In this document: positions 8,614 to 19,452 of the stretch, in pieces
How positions within the stretch are numbered: position 1 is the first letter of the stretch
How the letters are laid out: every line of letters begins with the position of its first letter
NCBI GenBank assembly: GCA_963839475.1
Contig: CAWIVH010000005.1
Location: 10,357-74,356 of the forward strand
DNA from: an uncultured Acidobacteriota bacterium
GTDB lineage: Bacteria; Acidobacteriota; UBA6911
Reading direction: 5' to 3'
DNA length: 64,000 bases
Program-made: the position numbers and the translations under genes
The notes under the pieces: generated by a model
Databases searched by the model: none
Told to the model about the DNA's origin: nothing
Seen by the model: only the letters and a program-made list of their open reading frames with translations

Positions 8614-9585
8614 CTATGGAACATACGGGTGGAAGATTACTTTGGAGCCGGGACGGAGACAGCGAACCTGGAGCTTAGCGGCTGCGCCCTGCCCGGATTC
8701 CGCTTCTATGCCGAAGGTGTACAGCGTCCGGATCTGGTTTAGCATCCGGCGCATCAGGTCCTCATAGTGATCACGATATTCTCGCGTGAAGAAGGCTGCC
8801 CCGGCAGTCGCCTGAGCCAGTTCCTTCAGCAGGCTGTAGGTCACGGTGGAACCTGTCCTGCCGCTCCGGGTTCCCAGGATGGTGCCGTAACTCACAACGA
8901 ACAATTCAAGATTGGTGCCTCCGAGGAGGTTTCTCAGCGGCTTGATCTTCGATACCGTTTCATAATCCATATCCTCGATGAACAAAATGAGGACGCGCCG
9001 CTTTTCCTGGCGTGCGTTCATTCTCTGGACTGCCGAGAACAGCGCCGGGTACAAAAAAGCGTCTTCCGGCCGGTGGCGTCCTCGAAGCTCATGGATGGCG
9101 TTTTTAGCGGAGAATCCGTCGGTCGATTCTTCGAGTACTATGTGCAGCTCCTTTTCGTAGTATCCGACCCAGAGCGATTGCTTGCCCAACATCTTGTCGA
9201 TGAGCTCATAGGCCATGTTGCGCGCTGAAAGTGCCCCGGTCACAGCCCGCTCGTTGTATCGTTCATCCTCGATCGACTCTGGGAAAATGGCGCGATCAAA
9301 AAGCAGGCCGTAAACAGTTGGCAATTCGTCCCGGGCCATGAATTCAATCTTTCGCGGGCTGCCGTCCTCCAGGATCTCGATTTCATCTCGGCCGAGGTTT
9401 TCTATGAAAAGGTCGCTTTTGTCGCGGAAACTTGCGGTGATGTAAATCGGCCGCTTGCCCGCGGCAGGAGGCTGTTCAGCTTTTACGGATACCATGACTG
9501 AAACCGCCAGGCACAACATCAGGGGGACTTTGATTGAAAATCCTGCAGTCCTGATCCTGTCTGCGCCTGTCAGTTTCCGACTCAT
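8614..9585 (-). CDS. secreted VWA-domain protein (acidobacterial VWFA-like)
   Basis: Signal-like segment, then SFRDKSDLFIENLGRDEIEILEDG..I; RRVLILFIED; LAQATAGAAFF; start overlaps the radical SAM stop. Confidence 0.7.
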   Translation of the reverse strand: MSRKLTGADRIRTAGFSIKVPLMLCLAVSVMVSVKAEQPPAAGKRPIYITASFRDKSDLFIENLGRDEIEILEDGSPRKIEFMARDELPTVYGLLFDRAIFPESIEDERYNERAVTGALSARNMAYELIDKMLGKQSLWVGYYEKELHIVLEESTDGFSAKNAIHELRGRHRPEDAFLYPALFSAVQRMNARQEKRRVLILFIEDMDYETVSKIKPLRNLLGGTNLELFVVSYGTILGTRSGRTGSTVTYSLLKELAQATAGAAFFTREYRDHYEDLMRRMLNQIRTLYTFGIEAESGQGAAAKLQVRCLRPGSKVIFHPYVP

Positions 9586-10922
9586 TGGGTTTGGGGCTCC
9601 GGAAAAAACATAGGATACAACAAAGTGGACTTTAGGAAGCGCCAGACGTATCTGGGACGCAGGTGGTAGGAGACGTAGGCAAACTCCCTCAAACGATGAA
9701 GATCTTCGCTGGAAACTCCGGGATGGCGGTAAACACTGGTCCAGCCGTTGAACCTTTCCCAGTTGGATTCGAAAATGAGGTGTTTGACGTTCCGGTAGAA
9801 CTGCGTGCCGGGATAGGGCGTGGTCACGGTGAACTGGATCGCAAAAGTATTCAGTTTCTTGGCATAGCGGATGGTGTCGCGGATGCCAGCCTCGGTGTCA
9901 TTCGGCAATCCCAGGGTGTAATTGGCTATGACGCGGATCCCTTTTTTATGACAGTGGTCAATGACCTTTTCCTGGTGACTCTTCGGTATGGCCTTGCGCA
10001 AGTTTTGACGAAGGGTGGATTCATTGGACGATTCCACTCCCACTTCGACGCTCCGCAGGCCGGCCCGATAGAGCACGTTCAACAACTCAGGATCCAGCCG
10101 GTCGGTGCGCGCTTCCATGCTCCAGCGAACGTCGAGCCCGCGCGCGAGGATCAACTCGGCGAACTCCTGGGCCCGTTTCTTGTCGAATGTCATGTTCGGA
10201 TCGCGGAAGGTAATCCCGCGGATCCCATACCTATCCGAGAGATACTGTATCTCATCGATGATATTTTCAGGCGAACGCATCCGATATTTCGAATTGACCA
10301 AATAGGGGCAGTAATTGCATGTGTAAGGGCAGCCCCTGCTGCCGAGCATCGGCAGCGTTATCCCCTTGTTGGTGATAATCTGATAGCGGAACCGGCGCAC
10401 ATCAAACTGGTCCCATTTGGGGAAAGGCAACGCGTCCAGATCCTGGATGAAACCGGCGGCGACCAGGCCCGTTGGAATCTCTCCCCGGGCGAGGGCGGGG
10501 GCGATATTCTCAATCTCATCGGAGACCACAAAATCTGCGTCTTCGAGATAAAACTCCGGCTGGGCGGCTGCGAAAGTGCCGAAAACCCCGACGCGGCATC
10601 CAAAACGCTGTTTGGCTTCGCGGATCACCCGGCGCTCAAAATTGCAGTCCACAATCGAAGACGCCACCAGATAGAGATCGGCCGGCACCAACTGGTCCAT
10701 CTGCCGCACGTCCAGGATTCGCACCTCGGCTCCATGGTGTGACAGGATGGAGTCCAGGTAGGCGAGTGTGATGTTGGGGATTGCAGCAATTCTTCTTTTT
10801 GCGATTTCCAGCAGCCGCGCAAATGGGGAAGTCCCCACGGTAAAAACCGTTCCCATTCCGCCTGCTACATCTTTGAGGGTGCAGTTCTTCTGCTGGCTCG
10901 CACTTAAGACGACGATTCTCAT
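9582..10922 (-). CDS. cobalamin-binding (class B) radical SAM protein
   Basis: SRGCPYTCNYC motif, FRDPNMT, GVES, NYTLGLPNDT, TPYPGT; N-terminal B12-binding-like domain. Confidence 0.88.
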   Translation of the reverse strand: MRIVVLSASQQKNCTLKDVAGGMGTVFTVGTSPFARLLEIAKRRIAAIPNITLAYLDSILSHHGAEVRILDVRQMDQLVPADLYLVASSIVDCNFERRVIREAKQRFGCRVGVFGTFAAAQPEFYLEDADFVVSDEIENIAPALARGEIPTGLVAAGFIQDLDALPFPKWDQFDVRRFRYQIITNKGITLPMLGSRGCPYTCNYCPYLVNSKYRMRSPENIIDEIQYLSDRYGIRGITFRDPNMTFDKKRAQEFAELILARGLDVRWSMEARTDRLDPELLNVLYRAGLRSVEVGVESSNESTLRQNLRKAIPKSHQEKVIDHCHKKGIRVIANYTLGLPNDTEAGIRDTIRYAKKLNTFAIQFTVTTPYPGTQFYRNVKHLIFESNWERFNGWTSVYRHPGVSSEDLHRLREFAYVSYHLRPRYVWRFLKSTLLYPMFFPEPQTQ

Positions 10923-11278
10923 TTAGACCCGCGAATCCTTTCCAGGGAATGCCACCAGCGTCTGAGTATCCCAAGATACTCAGGCCTCTGTGGCTTCGGG
11001 GCTGTCGGGAGGCTGAAAAAAGTTGGACTAAATGCTGATAACAAAACAACTTAAATCTTAGTCACCACACTACGCCCTGAAACGTGAATTATAGCAACCG
11101 TCGGCCGTAAATCAAGCCGTGAGAGCGAAGAGGGAACTTGCCGGCACGTGCAGGCATGGCTCTCTGGCCCTGATTCTGCCGGGCGGAATCCAATTGAGTT
11201 TTGCAGGAGGCTTTGGTAGCTTTATGGGCGCTTGCGCCTGCTGAATTTGGAAAGGAAGTGCGCGAGCATCACACAAAA

Positions 11279-11866
11279 ATGGAAGAACTGAGCAATCTCC
11301 CGCCGCCACCCGAGAGAGCCGAGGTGCCCACAACACCTTCGGCCCGGCCGAAGGTGCTTTCCGAGCTAAGATCCTGGTTCCGCGATGTTTTATTTGCCTT
11401 TGCAACCGCAATTTTCATTGTTTTATTTGTGATCCAGCCGGTCAAGGTCGAAGGAACCAGCATGCTCCCCCGATTGGTGGACCAAGAGCGGATTTTCGTC
11501 AATCGCTTCATTTACCGGTTCTCCGAGATCCATCGGGGAGACATCGTGGTCTTCTGGTACCCCCGCGACCGCAGCAAATCATTCATAAAGCGCGTAATAG
11601 GACTTCCCGGCGACGAGCTGGAGATTCGTTATGGAGCTTTATATGTCAACGGTCAGAAGTTTGACGAGCCCTACTTAAAACCGGAGTTTGTGGATCACGA
11701 CTGGCTGAGAAAGGAAATAGTACCGCCGGGGCAGTACTTCGTCCTCGGCGACCATCGCAATTCCAGCAACGACAGCAGAAACTGGGGCTTTGTGCCCCGG
11801 GAACTCATCTATGGCAAGGCGGTTTTCCGCTATTGGCCGATGGCGCGTATTGGCCTGGTGGACTAA
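11279..11866 (+). CDS. lepB: signal peptidase I
   Basis: EGTSMLP (catalytic Ser), FIKRVIGLPGD (catalytic Lys), GDHRNSSNDSR. Confidence 0.95.
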   Translation: MEELSNLPPPPERAEVPTTPSARPKVLSELRSWFRDVLFAFATAIFIVLFVIQPVKVEGTSMLPRLVDQERIFVNRFIYRFSEIHRGDIVVFWYPRDRSKSFIKRVIGLPGDELEIRYGALYVNGQKFDEPYLKPEFVDHDWLRKEIVPPGQYFVLGDHRNSSNDSRNWGFVPRELIYGKAVFRYWPMARIGLVD

Positions 11867-11917
11867 AGGCCTGGCGGAGCTTCCCGCCAAAATCCGGATG
11901 TTCAAAAAGACAAAATA

Positions 11918-13012
11918 ATGAAAGCTATACTTGCACTGGAAGACGGCCGCACCTTCGCGGGCCGCGCTTTTGGAGCCGAGGGCGAAGCTGCGGGCGAAGT
12001 CGTTTTTAATACTTCGATGGCAGGATACCAGGAAATCCTGACCGATCCATCCTATGCCGGACAAATTGTCGCCATGACCTGTCCGCACATCGGGAATTAC
12101 GGCACGAATCCCGAAGACGAAGAATCCCGCCGGCCGTTTGTCGAGGGGTTTGTCGCCCGCGAATTCAGCGAGTGCTGGTCTAACTGGCGCGGCCGGGAGT
12201 CGATGGGGCAGTACCTCAAGCGCCACGGCATCGTCTCAATCTCTGAGGTGGACACCAGGGCGCTCGTGCGTCATATCCGGACGCGCGGGGCGCTACGCGG
12301 AATTATCAGTTCCGTGGAGCCCGATGAGAGGAAACTTGTGGAACGCGCGAGGGCGCTTCCCAGCATGATCGGATGCGATCTGGCTTCGCAGGTAACCTGT
12401 TCCAGCCCCTATGCCTGGGGTGAAGAAAAGGAAGCGAGAGATCGCCTGCGTGTCATTGCCTACGACTTCGGCATCAAGCGTAATATTCTGAACAACCTGG
12501 TTTTGGCTGGCTGCCAGGTTTCGGTTGTGCCCGGTTTCACCGACGCCAGGGAAATAATCGCGCTGAAACCGGATGGAGTGTTTCTCTCCAACGGGCCCGG
12601 AGATCCAGAACCCGTAGAGTATGCCATCAAAAATATCCGGCGGCTGCTGGGACGGGTGCCGATGTTCGGCATCTGCCTCGGACACCAGTTGATGGGCCTG
12701 GCGATGGGGGGACGCACCTACAAACTCAAATTCGGGCATCGTGGCGGAAACCAACCGGTCAAAAACCTGCTCAACGGCCGCGTCGAAATTACCGCTCAGA
12801 ATCACGGTTTTGCCGTAGACCCGGATTCGATGGATCCACAGCAGGTCGAACTCACCCATATAAATTTGAACGATCAGACGCTCGAAGGGATGAGACACCG
12901 GAATCTGCCGGCTTTCTCGGTCCAATACCATCCGGAGGCTTCCCCAGGCCCGCACGATTCGTACTATCTTTTTGATGATTTCATTCGGCTCATGACCGAG
13001 TCGCGGAAATAG
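11918..13012 (+). CDS. carA: carbamoyl-phosphate synthase small subunit
   Basis: [48 protein letters not shown]. Confidence 0.98.
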   Translation: MKAILALEDGRTFAGRAFGAEGEAAGEVVFNTSMAGYQEILTDPSYAGQIVAMTCPHIGNYGTNPEDEESRRPFVEGFVAREFSECWSNWRGRESMGQYLKRHGIVSISEVDTRALVRHIRTRGALRGIISSVEPDERKLVERARALPSMIGCDLASQVTCSSPYAWGEEKEARDRLRVIAYDFGIKRNILNNLVLAGCQVSVVPGFTDAREIIALKPDGVFLSNGPGDPEPVEYAIKNIRRLLGRVPMFGICLGHQLMGLAMGGRTYKLKFGHRGGNQPVKNLLNGRVEITAQNHGFAVDPDSMDPQQVELTHINLNDQTLEGMRHRNLPAFSVQYHPEASPGPHDSYYLFDDFIRLMTESRK

Positions 13013-13015
13013 GCA

Positions 13016-16000
13016 ATGCCCAAGCGAACCGATATCCACAAAATCCTGATAATAGGTTCAGGTCCGATCATCATCGGCCAGGCCTGCGAATTTGACTATT
13101 CCGGCACCCAGGCCTGCAAAGCCCTTCAAAGCGAGGGTTTTGAGGTTGTGCTGGTGAATTCCAATCCGGCGACCATAATGACCGATCCCGAGCTCGCGGA
13201 CCGGACCTATATCGAGCCATTGACCAGTGAGTCGGTGGCCGCCATTATCGCGCGGGAAAGGCCGGATGCGCTGCTCCCCACCGTGGGCGGGCAGACCGGG
13301 CTGAATCTCTCGGTGGAACTGGCTCGGGCCGGAATTCTCGACCATTACGGAGTGGAAATGATCGGCGCCAAGCTCCGGGCCGTGGAAGTCGCCGAGGACC
13401 GTCAGCTGTTCAAGGATGCAATGACGGAAATCGGGCTCCAATCGGCACGCTCCCGCGTCGTTCGCTCCCTTCACGAAGCTCAGGCTTTTCTGGAATCGAT
13501 CGGACTGCCCGCGATTATCCGCCCCAGCTTTACCCTGGGCGGCTCAGGCGGGGGGATCGCCTTCAATACCGAGGAATTCGACGAAATCATCGCCCGCGGG
13601 CTGGACATCTCCCCGGTACACGAGGTGCTGGTCGAGCAATCGCTGCTCGGCTGGAAGGAGTACGAGCTCGAGGTGATGCGGGACTTGGCCGACAATGTCG
13701 TTATCATCTGTTCGATCGAGAATTTCGATCCGATGGGAGTTCACACGGGAGACTCGATCACCGTTGCCCCCGCCCAAACCCTGACCGACCGGGAGTACCA
13801 GATCATGCGGGATGCGGCGATCCGCATTATCCGCAAAGTCGGTGTTGAAACCGGCGGATCGAACATCCAATTTGCGGTGCGCCCGGAGGACGGCTCGCTG
13901 GTGGTCATCGAGATGAATCCGCGTGTTTCCAGGAGTTCGGCCCTGGCTTCGAAAGCCACCGGATTCCCGATTGCAAAAATCGCGGCCAAGCTGGCCGTTG
14001 GTTATACGCTCGACGAAATTCCGAACGACATCACCAAAAAAACCCCGGCGAGTTTCGAGCCGACGATCGATTACGTGGTGGCCAAAATCCCCAAGTTCAA
14101 CTTCGAAAAGTTCGCTGAATCCGACCCTACCCTCGGCACTCAGATGAAATCGGTCGGCGAAGTGATGGCGATCGGGCGCACATTCAAGGAGGCCCTGCTC
14201 AAGGGGATCCGGTCCCTCGAGCGCGGGAAGGGGCTCATGTCGGAAAAAGTGGATCCGGAAAAGCTCTTCCACAATCTTGTCACGCCGGTTTCGGAGCGTT
14301 TGATGTACATCTATTACGCCCTGCTCCAAGGCCGTAGCGTCGAAGAGCTCCATGGCATGACGAAAGTGGACCCTTGGTTTCTCAGCCAACTGGCCGAGGT
14401 TGCGGCAATGCAATCCCAGATTTTGGGCAAGCAGCTGGAAAGTCTGCCCGAGGATCAGTTGAGAAGCTGCAAGCGAGCCGGTTTCTCGGACGAGATGCTT
14501 GCAGGGCTGCTGCAACAGCCAGACGGGTCTTCTCCCTCGGTTTATCAGGTCATGCAGCGGCGGCATGACCTCGGGATCCGGCCGGTTTATAAACGCGTGG
14601 ATACTTGTGCGGCTGAGTTTGAATCCCACACCCCCTATCTCTACTCCACCTACGAAGAGGAATGTGAGGCACAGCCGACGGATCGGAAAAAGATCGTAGT
14701 TCTCGGGAGCGGCCCGAACCGGATAGGGCAGGGCCTGGAATTTGATTACTGCTGTTGCCACGCATCTTTCGCATTGAAGGAAACCGGTTTTGAAACCATC
14801 ATGATCAATTGCAACCCGGAAACCGTTTCCACCGATTATGACACGTCGGACCGGCTTTATTTTGAACCCCTGACCTTCGAGGATGTCATGGAGGTCATGG
14901 CAGTGGAAAAACCCTGGGGCGTCATTGTGCAGTTCGGCGGGCAGACTCCGCTCAATCTGGCTCTTAAGCTCAAAGCTGCCGGCGTGCCCATCATCGGCAC
15001 GTCGCCGGAGAGCATCGATCTGGCCGAAGACCGGAAGCGCTTCGGACAACTCCTGACGGACCTGTGCATTCCCCAGCCCCCCAACGGGACCGCGCGATCG
15101 TTGGAAGAGGCGCGCGCCGTGGCGTCGCAAATCGGGTATCCGGTGCTGGTGCGGCCCTCGTATGTGTTGGGCGGCCGAGCCATGTCGATTGTCTATGACC
15201 AGGATGCACTCGACCGGTACATGACGACTGCGGTTTCGGCGTCCCCCGAGCACCCGGTGCTGATCGACATGTTTCTCGAAAACGCGTTCGAGTACGATGT
15301 TGACGCATTGTGCGATGGGGAACGGGTCATTATCGCCGGCGTGATGGAGCACATTGAAGAAGCCGGGATTCACAGCGGCGACAGTACCTGCGTCCTGCCC
15401 CCCATCATGGTAGAACTCGACGTTCTGGAACGGATGAAAGTTTTTACCCACAAGCTCGGCAAGGCCCTGAACGTGATCGGGCTGATGAATATCCAATTCG
15501 CGGTCCAGAAAAACAAGGTCTACGTCCTGGAAGTGAATCCTCGTGCCTCTCGCACCGTGCCGTACGTGAGCAAAGCCACCGGCGTTCCTTTGGCCAAGAT
15601 GGCGGCGCGGGTGATGACGGGGGAGAAGCTCCAAGACCTGGGTCTAATCGAAGAATTGCGAGTCAAGCACTGCTTCGTAAAGTCTCCTGTTTTCCCTTTT
15701 AACAAGTTTCCCGGAGTGGATACCATCCTCGGCCCGGAGATGAAATCCACCGGGGAGGTCATGGGTGTTTCCGACAGCTTCGGGAGCGCTTTTGCCAAAG
15801 CTCAGATTTCAGCCGGGATGAAGATACCGCGGACGGGCTCGGCATTTTTGAGCGTGAATGAAGGCGATAAGGAAGGACTGCTGCCGATTGCCCTCGATCT
15901 CAGCGAACTGGGATTCCATATCATCGCCACACGCGGCACGCAGCAATATCTGGCGGCTCATAAAGTGGAATCCGAGCCGGTTTTCAAAGTGGGTGAAGGC

Positions 16001-16261
16001 CGGCCCCACATCGTGGACCTGCTTAAAAGCGGGAAGATCGACCTGATCATCAACACCCCTCTCGGCCGGCAGTCGCACTATGACGAAAAGGCGATCCGGC
16101 GCGCCGCGACCACTCATATGGTGCCCTGTATAACCACTCTCTCCGGTGGCGCGGCGGTGGTCAGCGCGATCCGGGCGCTTCGGAGGGAAAAGCTCACCGT
16201 TCGGAGCCTGCAGGAGTATCACGGCCTTTTCAAGGAGCACGCTGCGCACCCCCACAAATGA
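13016..16261 (+). CDS. carB: carbamoyl-phosphate synthase large subunit
   Basis: [30 protein letters not shown], duplicated ATP-grasp domains, C-terminal MGS domain; 1081 aa. Confidence 0.99.
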   Translation: MPKRTDIHKILIIGSGPIIIGQACEFDYSGTQACKALQSEGFEVVLVNSNPATIMTDPELADRTYIEPLTSESVAAIIARERPDALLPTVGGQTGLNLSVELARAGILDHYGVEMIGAKLRAVEVAEDRQLFKDAMTEIGLQSARSRVVRSLHEAQAFLESIGLPAIIRPSFTLGGSGGGIAFNTEEFDEIIARGLDISPVHEVLVEQSLLGWKEYELEVMRDLADNVVIICSIENFDPMGVHTGDSITVAPAQTLTDREYQIMRDAAIRIIRKVGVETGGSNIQFAVRPEDGSLVVIEMNPRVSRSSALASKATGFPIAKIAAKLAVGYTLDEIPNDITKKTPASFEPTIDYVVAKIPKFNFEKFAESDPTLGTQMKSVGEVMAIGRTFKEALLKGIRSLERGKGLMSEKVDPEKLFHNLVTPVSERLMYIYYALLQGRSVEELHGMTKVDPWFLSQLAEVAAMQSQILGKQLESLPEDQLRSCKRAGFSDEMLAGLLQQPDGSSPSVYQVMQRRHDLGIRPVYKRVDTCAAEFESHTPYLYSTYEEECEAQPTDRKKIVVLGSGPNRIGQGLEFDYCCCHASFALKETGFETIMINCNPETVSTDYDTSDRLYFEPLTFEDVMEVMAVEKPWGVIVQFGGQTPLNLALKLKAAGVPIIGTSPESIDLAEDRKRFGQLLTDLCIPQPPNGTARSLEEARAVASQIGYPVLVRPSYVLGGRAMSIVYDQDALDRYMTTAVSASPEHPVLIDMFLENAFEYDVDALCDGERVIIAGVMEHIEEAGIHSGDSTCVLPPIMVELDVLERMKVFTHKLGKALNVIGLMNIQFAVQKNKVYVLEVNPRASRTVPYVSKATGVPLAKMAARVMTGEKLQDLGLIEELRVKHCFVKSPVFPFNKFPGVDTILGPEMKSTGEVMGVSDSFGSAFAKAQISAGMKIPRTGSAFLSVNEGDKEGLLPIALDLSELGFHIIATRGTQQYLAAHKVESEPVFKVGEGRPHIVDLLKSGKIDLIINTPLGRQSHYDEKAIRRAATTHMVPCITTLSGGAAVVSAIRALRREKLTVRSLQEYHGLFKEHAAHPHK

Positions 16262-16367
16262 GTTTTGCAGTAATTGCCGCCCCAATCAACGAACGCGAGG
16301 ATCGGGGCCGGGAAGACTGGATATTCCGATCCGCTCGCGCTGCCGAAAAATAGACCCTCCATTTGGC

Positions 16368-16394
16368 TAAAGCATTGCAGAATTTACACGATAA
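16368..16394 (+). promoter_or_regulatory. sigma28 (FliA/SigD)-type promoter upstream of cheA
   Basis: TAAA-N15-CACGATAA versus consensus TAAA-N15/16-GCCGATAA. Confidence 0.65.
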
Positions 16395-16441
16395 GAACCA
16401 CTTGAGCCTTCATTGAAGGGCCATGCATTGGGGCAACACAA

Positions 16442-18700
16442 ATGGAGAATGAGGAAATGAGTCATCCAACGCTGGGGGAAGGACCGGAGCGTTCATTGGA
16501 CGATGCACTCTCCCTTCTCATTCAAATTGAACCTTCCGAAAGGGAAGGATTCCACCGCCTTCATGAAATCCTGGAGCAGCTTGTAACCCATCACCGTTAC
16601 TCGGGACAGGCGCACGATTTAATTGCCGGCGCGAAAAAAAGTGTCCAGGACCTCCTGGAGGGACGAGTCGCAGACCCGCTCCAGGTCCTCCAGGACATTT
16701 CCATCGTGCTGGAGTCCGCAAGCTACTTGTTGGAGGATCTCTCGGTCAAATCAGAATCTTCGGCGCCAGCCCCGGCGAACCCTACGTGCCAATCGAAATC
16801 CGATCCGACGCCGGAAAATACATTGGCAGCGAAGCCTCAGCCTGCGCCGGCGACGCCAACTGGAGCCCTCGAAAGCGAGGCTCTCGCGCCGGAACCTCTC
16901 CCTCCCGACACCGATGCCGATTTGCTCAATGAGTTCGTGGTTGAGTCCAAGGAACTCCTGGAGCGAGCCGAGGTGGCTCTTCTCAGCCTCGAAACCAATC
17001 CGCAGGACGCTGAAGCTGTCAACACGATCTTTCGTGGTTTCCACACGATCAAGGGAACCTCGGCATTTCTCGGGCTGACGCGCATGTCCGGGTTGGCCCA
17101 TTGTGCGGAATCGCTGCTGAGTCGCGTCCGGGATAACGAAATCCGCTGCACAGGAGGATACGCCGACCTGGCCCTGCGCTCCGTGGATATGCTCAAGAGC
17201 CTTGTCCAGAGCGTTCAGAATGCCCTGGGTGGCGGCTTGATGACCGTGCCTCCCAAATACGAGGAACTCAAGTCGCTGCTCGCGAATCCCGAGGCGGCTG
17301 GCATTTCAGCGGAGCACGGTCCCGATTCGGGCGAGCCCGCACCGGCAAAAATGACAGAGAGGGAAGAATGGGATGCAGAGATCGAACATGCCGGGGAGCC
17401 GGTCACTCATGCCGATGAGGAGAAGGTCCAGGAGCCTCCTCCATTTAGAACCCCTGCATCCGGCCAGGCTGGGGGCGCCGCTCCCTCCCCGGTTCGTGCT
17501 GCCAAACTTGAGAAACAGGCCGATTCGTCGGTTCGCGTAAGCACCGACCGGTTGGACCGGCTGGTGGATATGGTGGGGGAACTTGTCATCGCCGACTCGA
17601 TGGTGGCACAGGATGACAGGGTGAGGCAGGGTGGAAACCACGATCTGATGCGCAAAGTCTCTCACCTCGGGAAAATAGTGCGAGAGCTGCAGGACCTCGC
17701 CATGTCGATGCGCATGGTGCCGCTCAAAGCCACATTTCAGAAAATGGGGCGGCTGGTGCGAGACCTGTCCCACAAAAGCGGCAAGAAGGTCCATCTCATC
17801 ACTGAGGACAACGATACCGAAATCGACCGGAACATGGTCGATATCATCAATGATCTGCTCGTACACATGGTGCGGAATTCAGTGGATCATGGCATAGAGC
17901 ACCCTGACGACAGGAAACGTACCAGCAAAGATGAGATGGGGACGGTCTTCCTGTCGGCCTCCCACTCCGGCGGAAATGTCGTCGTCCAGATCCGAGACGA
18001 CGGCAAAGGGCTGGATCGAAACCGGATATTCCAGAAGGCGGTCGAAAAAGGACTGGTGGACTCCGACAAGCCCATGTCCGACGCCGATGTCTTCAACCTG
18101 ATTTTTGCCCCGGGCTTCTCCACCGCTGACAAGGTCACAGACGTCTCCGGGCGCGGGGTTGGGATGGATGTTGTGCGCAAGGGGGTGGAGGCACTACGAG
18201 GCAGGATCGATATCCTATCGGAATTCGGCAAGGGGTGCATTTTTACGGTGCGGCTACCTTTAACGCTTGCCGTCACCGACGGCATGCTGATCCGGGTGGG
18301 GCAGGAACGTTATATCGTGCCAACAGCCAACATTCACTTGAGCTTCAGGCCGGAACCCGGCTCACTATCCACGATTGCCTCCAGAGGCGAGATGGTCATG
18401 CTGCGCGGGGAACTCATGCCCATGTTCCGCCTGCATAATTTGTTCAACATAGTTGGAGCGGTAGAAGATCCGACCAAGGGATTGCTGGTAGTCGTGGGTG
18501 ATGGAGAGCGCCGCTGCACGATCTTGGTCGATGAGTTGTTGGGGCAACAGCAGGTGGTCGCGAAATCTCTAGGTGAAGGATTGGGGAAAATTCAGGGCGT
18601 TTCGGGCGCCGCCATTCTTGGCGACGGCCGTGTGGGTCTGATAATCGATCCTTCGGAAGTAATCCAGACGGCAAGGCAATCTTCCGGCGTCACCGCCTGA
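16442..18700 (+). CDS. cheA: chemotaxis histidine kinase CheA
   Basis: HPt FRGFHTIKG, dimerisation RVSTDRLDRLVDMVGELV, HATPase HMVRNSVDHGIE/DDGKGL/GFST/GRGVGMDVV, C-terminal CheW domain. Confidence 0.97.
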   Translation: MENEEMSHPTLGEGPERSLDDALSLLIQIEPSEREGFHRLHEILEQLVTHHRYSGQAHDLIAGAKKSVQDLLEGRVADPLQVLQDISIVLESASYLLEDLSVKSESSAPAPANPTCQSKSDPTPENTLAAKPQPAPATPTGALESEALAPEPLPPDTDADLLNEFVVESKELLERAEVALLSLETNPQDAEAVNTIFRGFHTIKGTSAFLGLTRMSGLAHCAESLLSRVRDNEIRCTGGYADLALRSVDMLKSLVQSVQNALGGGLMTVPPKYEELKSLLANPEAAGISAEHGPDSGEPAPAKMTEREEWDAEIEHAGEPVTHADEEKVQEPPPFRTPASGQAGGAAPSPVRAAKLEKQADSSVRVSTDRLDRLVDMVGELVIADSMVAQDDRVRQGGNHDLMRKVSHLGKIVRELQDLAMSMRMVPLKATFQKMGRLVRDLSHKSGKKVHLITEDNDTEIDRNMVDIINDLLVHMVRNSVDHGIEHPDDRKRTSKDEMGTVFLSASHSGGNVVVQIRDDGKGLDRNRIFQKAVEKGLVDSDKPMSDADVFNLIFAPGFSTADKVTDVSGRGVGMDVVRKGVEALRGRIDILSEFGKGCIFTVRLPLTLAVTDGMLIRVGQERYIVPTANIHLSFRPEPGSLSTIASRGEMVMLRGELMPMFRLHNLFNIVGAVEDPTKGLLVVVGDGERRCTILVDELLGQQQVVAKSLGEGLGKIQGVSGAAILGDGRVGLIIDPSEVIQTARQSSGVTA

Positions 18701-18938
18701 TGCGGTTGGCGGAGTTTTAGCCGGTCGTGCCTCATCGCATATGTAGGCCGGATGTGCCCTCGAGAGCAAGCAGAGGAAAGTGAAAATACTACTGGAGATC
18801 GACAAGGTTTTGGCGACTCAGGAAGTCGTTGCCCTTCATGCGGCTTCCTAGGAGATTGGGAAGTCGTGGGGCAGCGGCCGGGCTCGGTTCCTGGATGCGG
18901 GGTTTTGAACGATACAACGAACATCAGGCAGGTAAGCT

Positions 18939-19421
18939 GTGAGACATGTAGTGGCAGTAGCCGACATGAAGATCTCCAATCAGCCGGGTGATGAAATAAT
19001 TACCTTTGCGCTGGGGAGCTGCCTCGGGATCACCGTTTACGATCCCGTCGCATTTGTCGGCGGGATGCTTCATGTGATGCTGCCGCTTTCGACTATCGAT
19101 CCAACCAAGGCTGCCGAGAATCCTTACATGTTTGTCGACACGGGAGTGCCTAGACTGTTCCTGGAAAGCTACAAAGCCGGCGCTTCGAAACAGCGGCTCG
19201 AGGTGAAAGTGGCCGGAGGGGCGTGCCCAAACGGGAAGGAGGACGACGACTACTTTCAAATCGGCAAAAGGAATTTTGTAATGCTCCGGAAGCTTCTGTG
19301 GAAAAACGGGGTTCTGCTCAAATCCAGCGACGTTGCCGGAACCCATTCGCGGACCATGAGCCTGGATATTGCAACGGGCAAAGTCAGTCTACGAATCAAT
19401 GGAGCTATAACGCAGCTCTGA
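18939..19421 (+). CDS. cheD: chemoreceptor glutamine deamidase CheD
   Basis: TFALGSCLGITVYDP, GGMLHVMLP, KVAGGA, IGKRN, DVAG..SRT. Confidence 0.95.
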   Translation: MRHVVAVADMKISNQPGDEIITFALGSCLGITVYDPVAFVGGMLHVMLPLSTIDPTKAAENPYMFVDTGVPRLFLESYKAGASKQRLEVKVAGGACPNGKEDDDYFQIGKRNFVMLRKLLWKNGVLLKSSDVAGTHSRTMSLDIATGKVSLRINGAITQL

Positions 19422-19452
19422 AAACCAATGCACCAAGTGAAGGAAACGGCTC

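Noticed and set aside
13544-15634. 696 aa antisense ORF opposite carB and other long shadow ORFs (e.g. 27833-28423, 43136-44149)
   Set aside because: Expected from codon bias in GC-rich coding DNA; no motifs or RBS
18752-18991. 79 aa ORF with CPSC and CETC between cheA and cheD
   Set aside because: No RBS, overlaps cheD by 53 nt and has no coding-like composition; a zinc ribbon is not excluded but is unsupported
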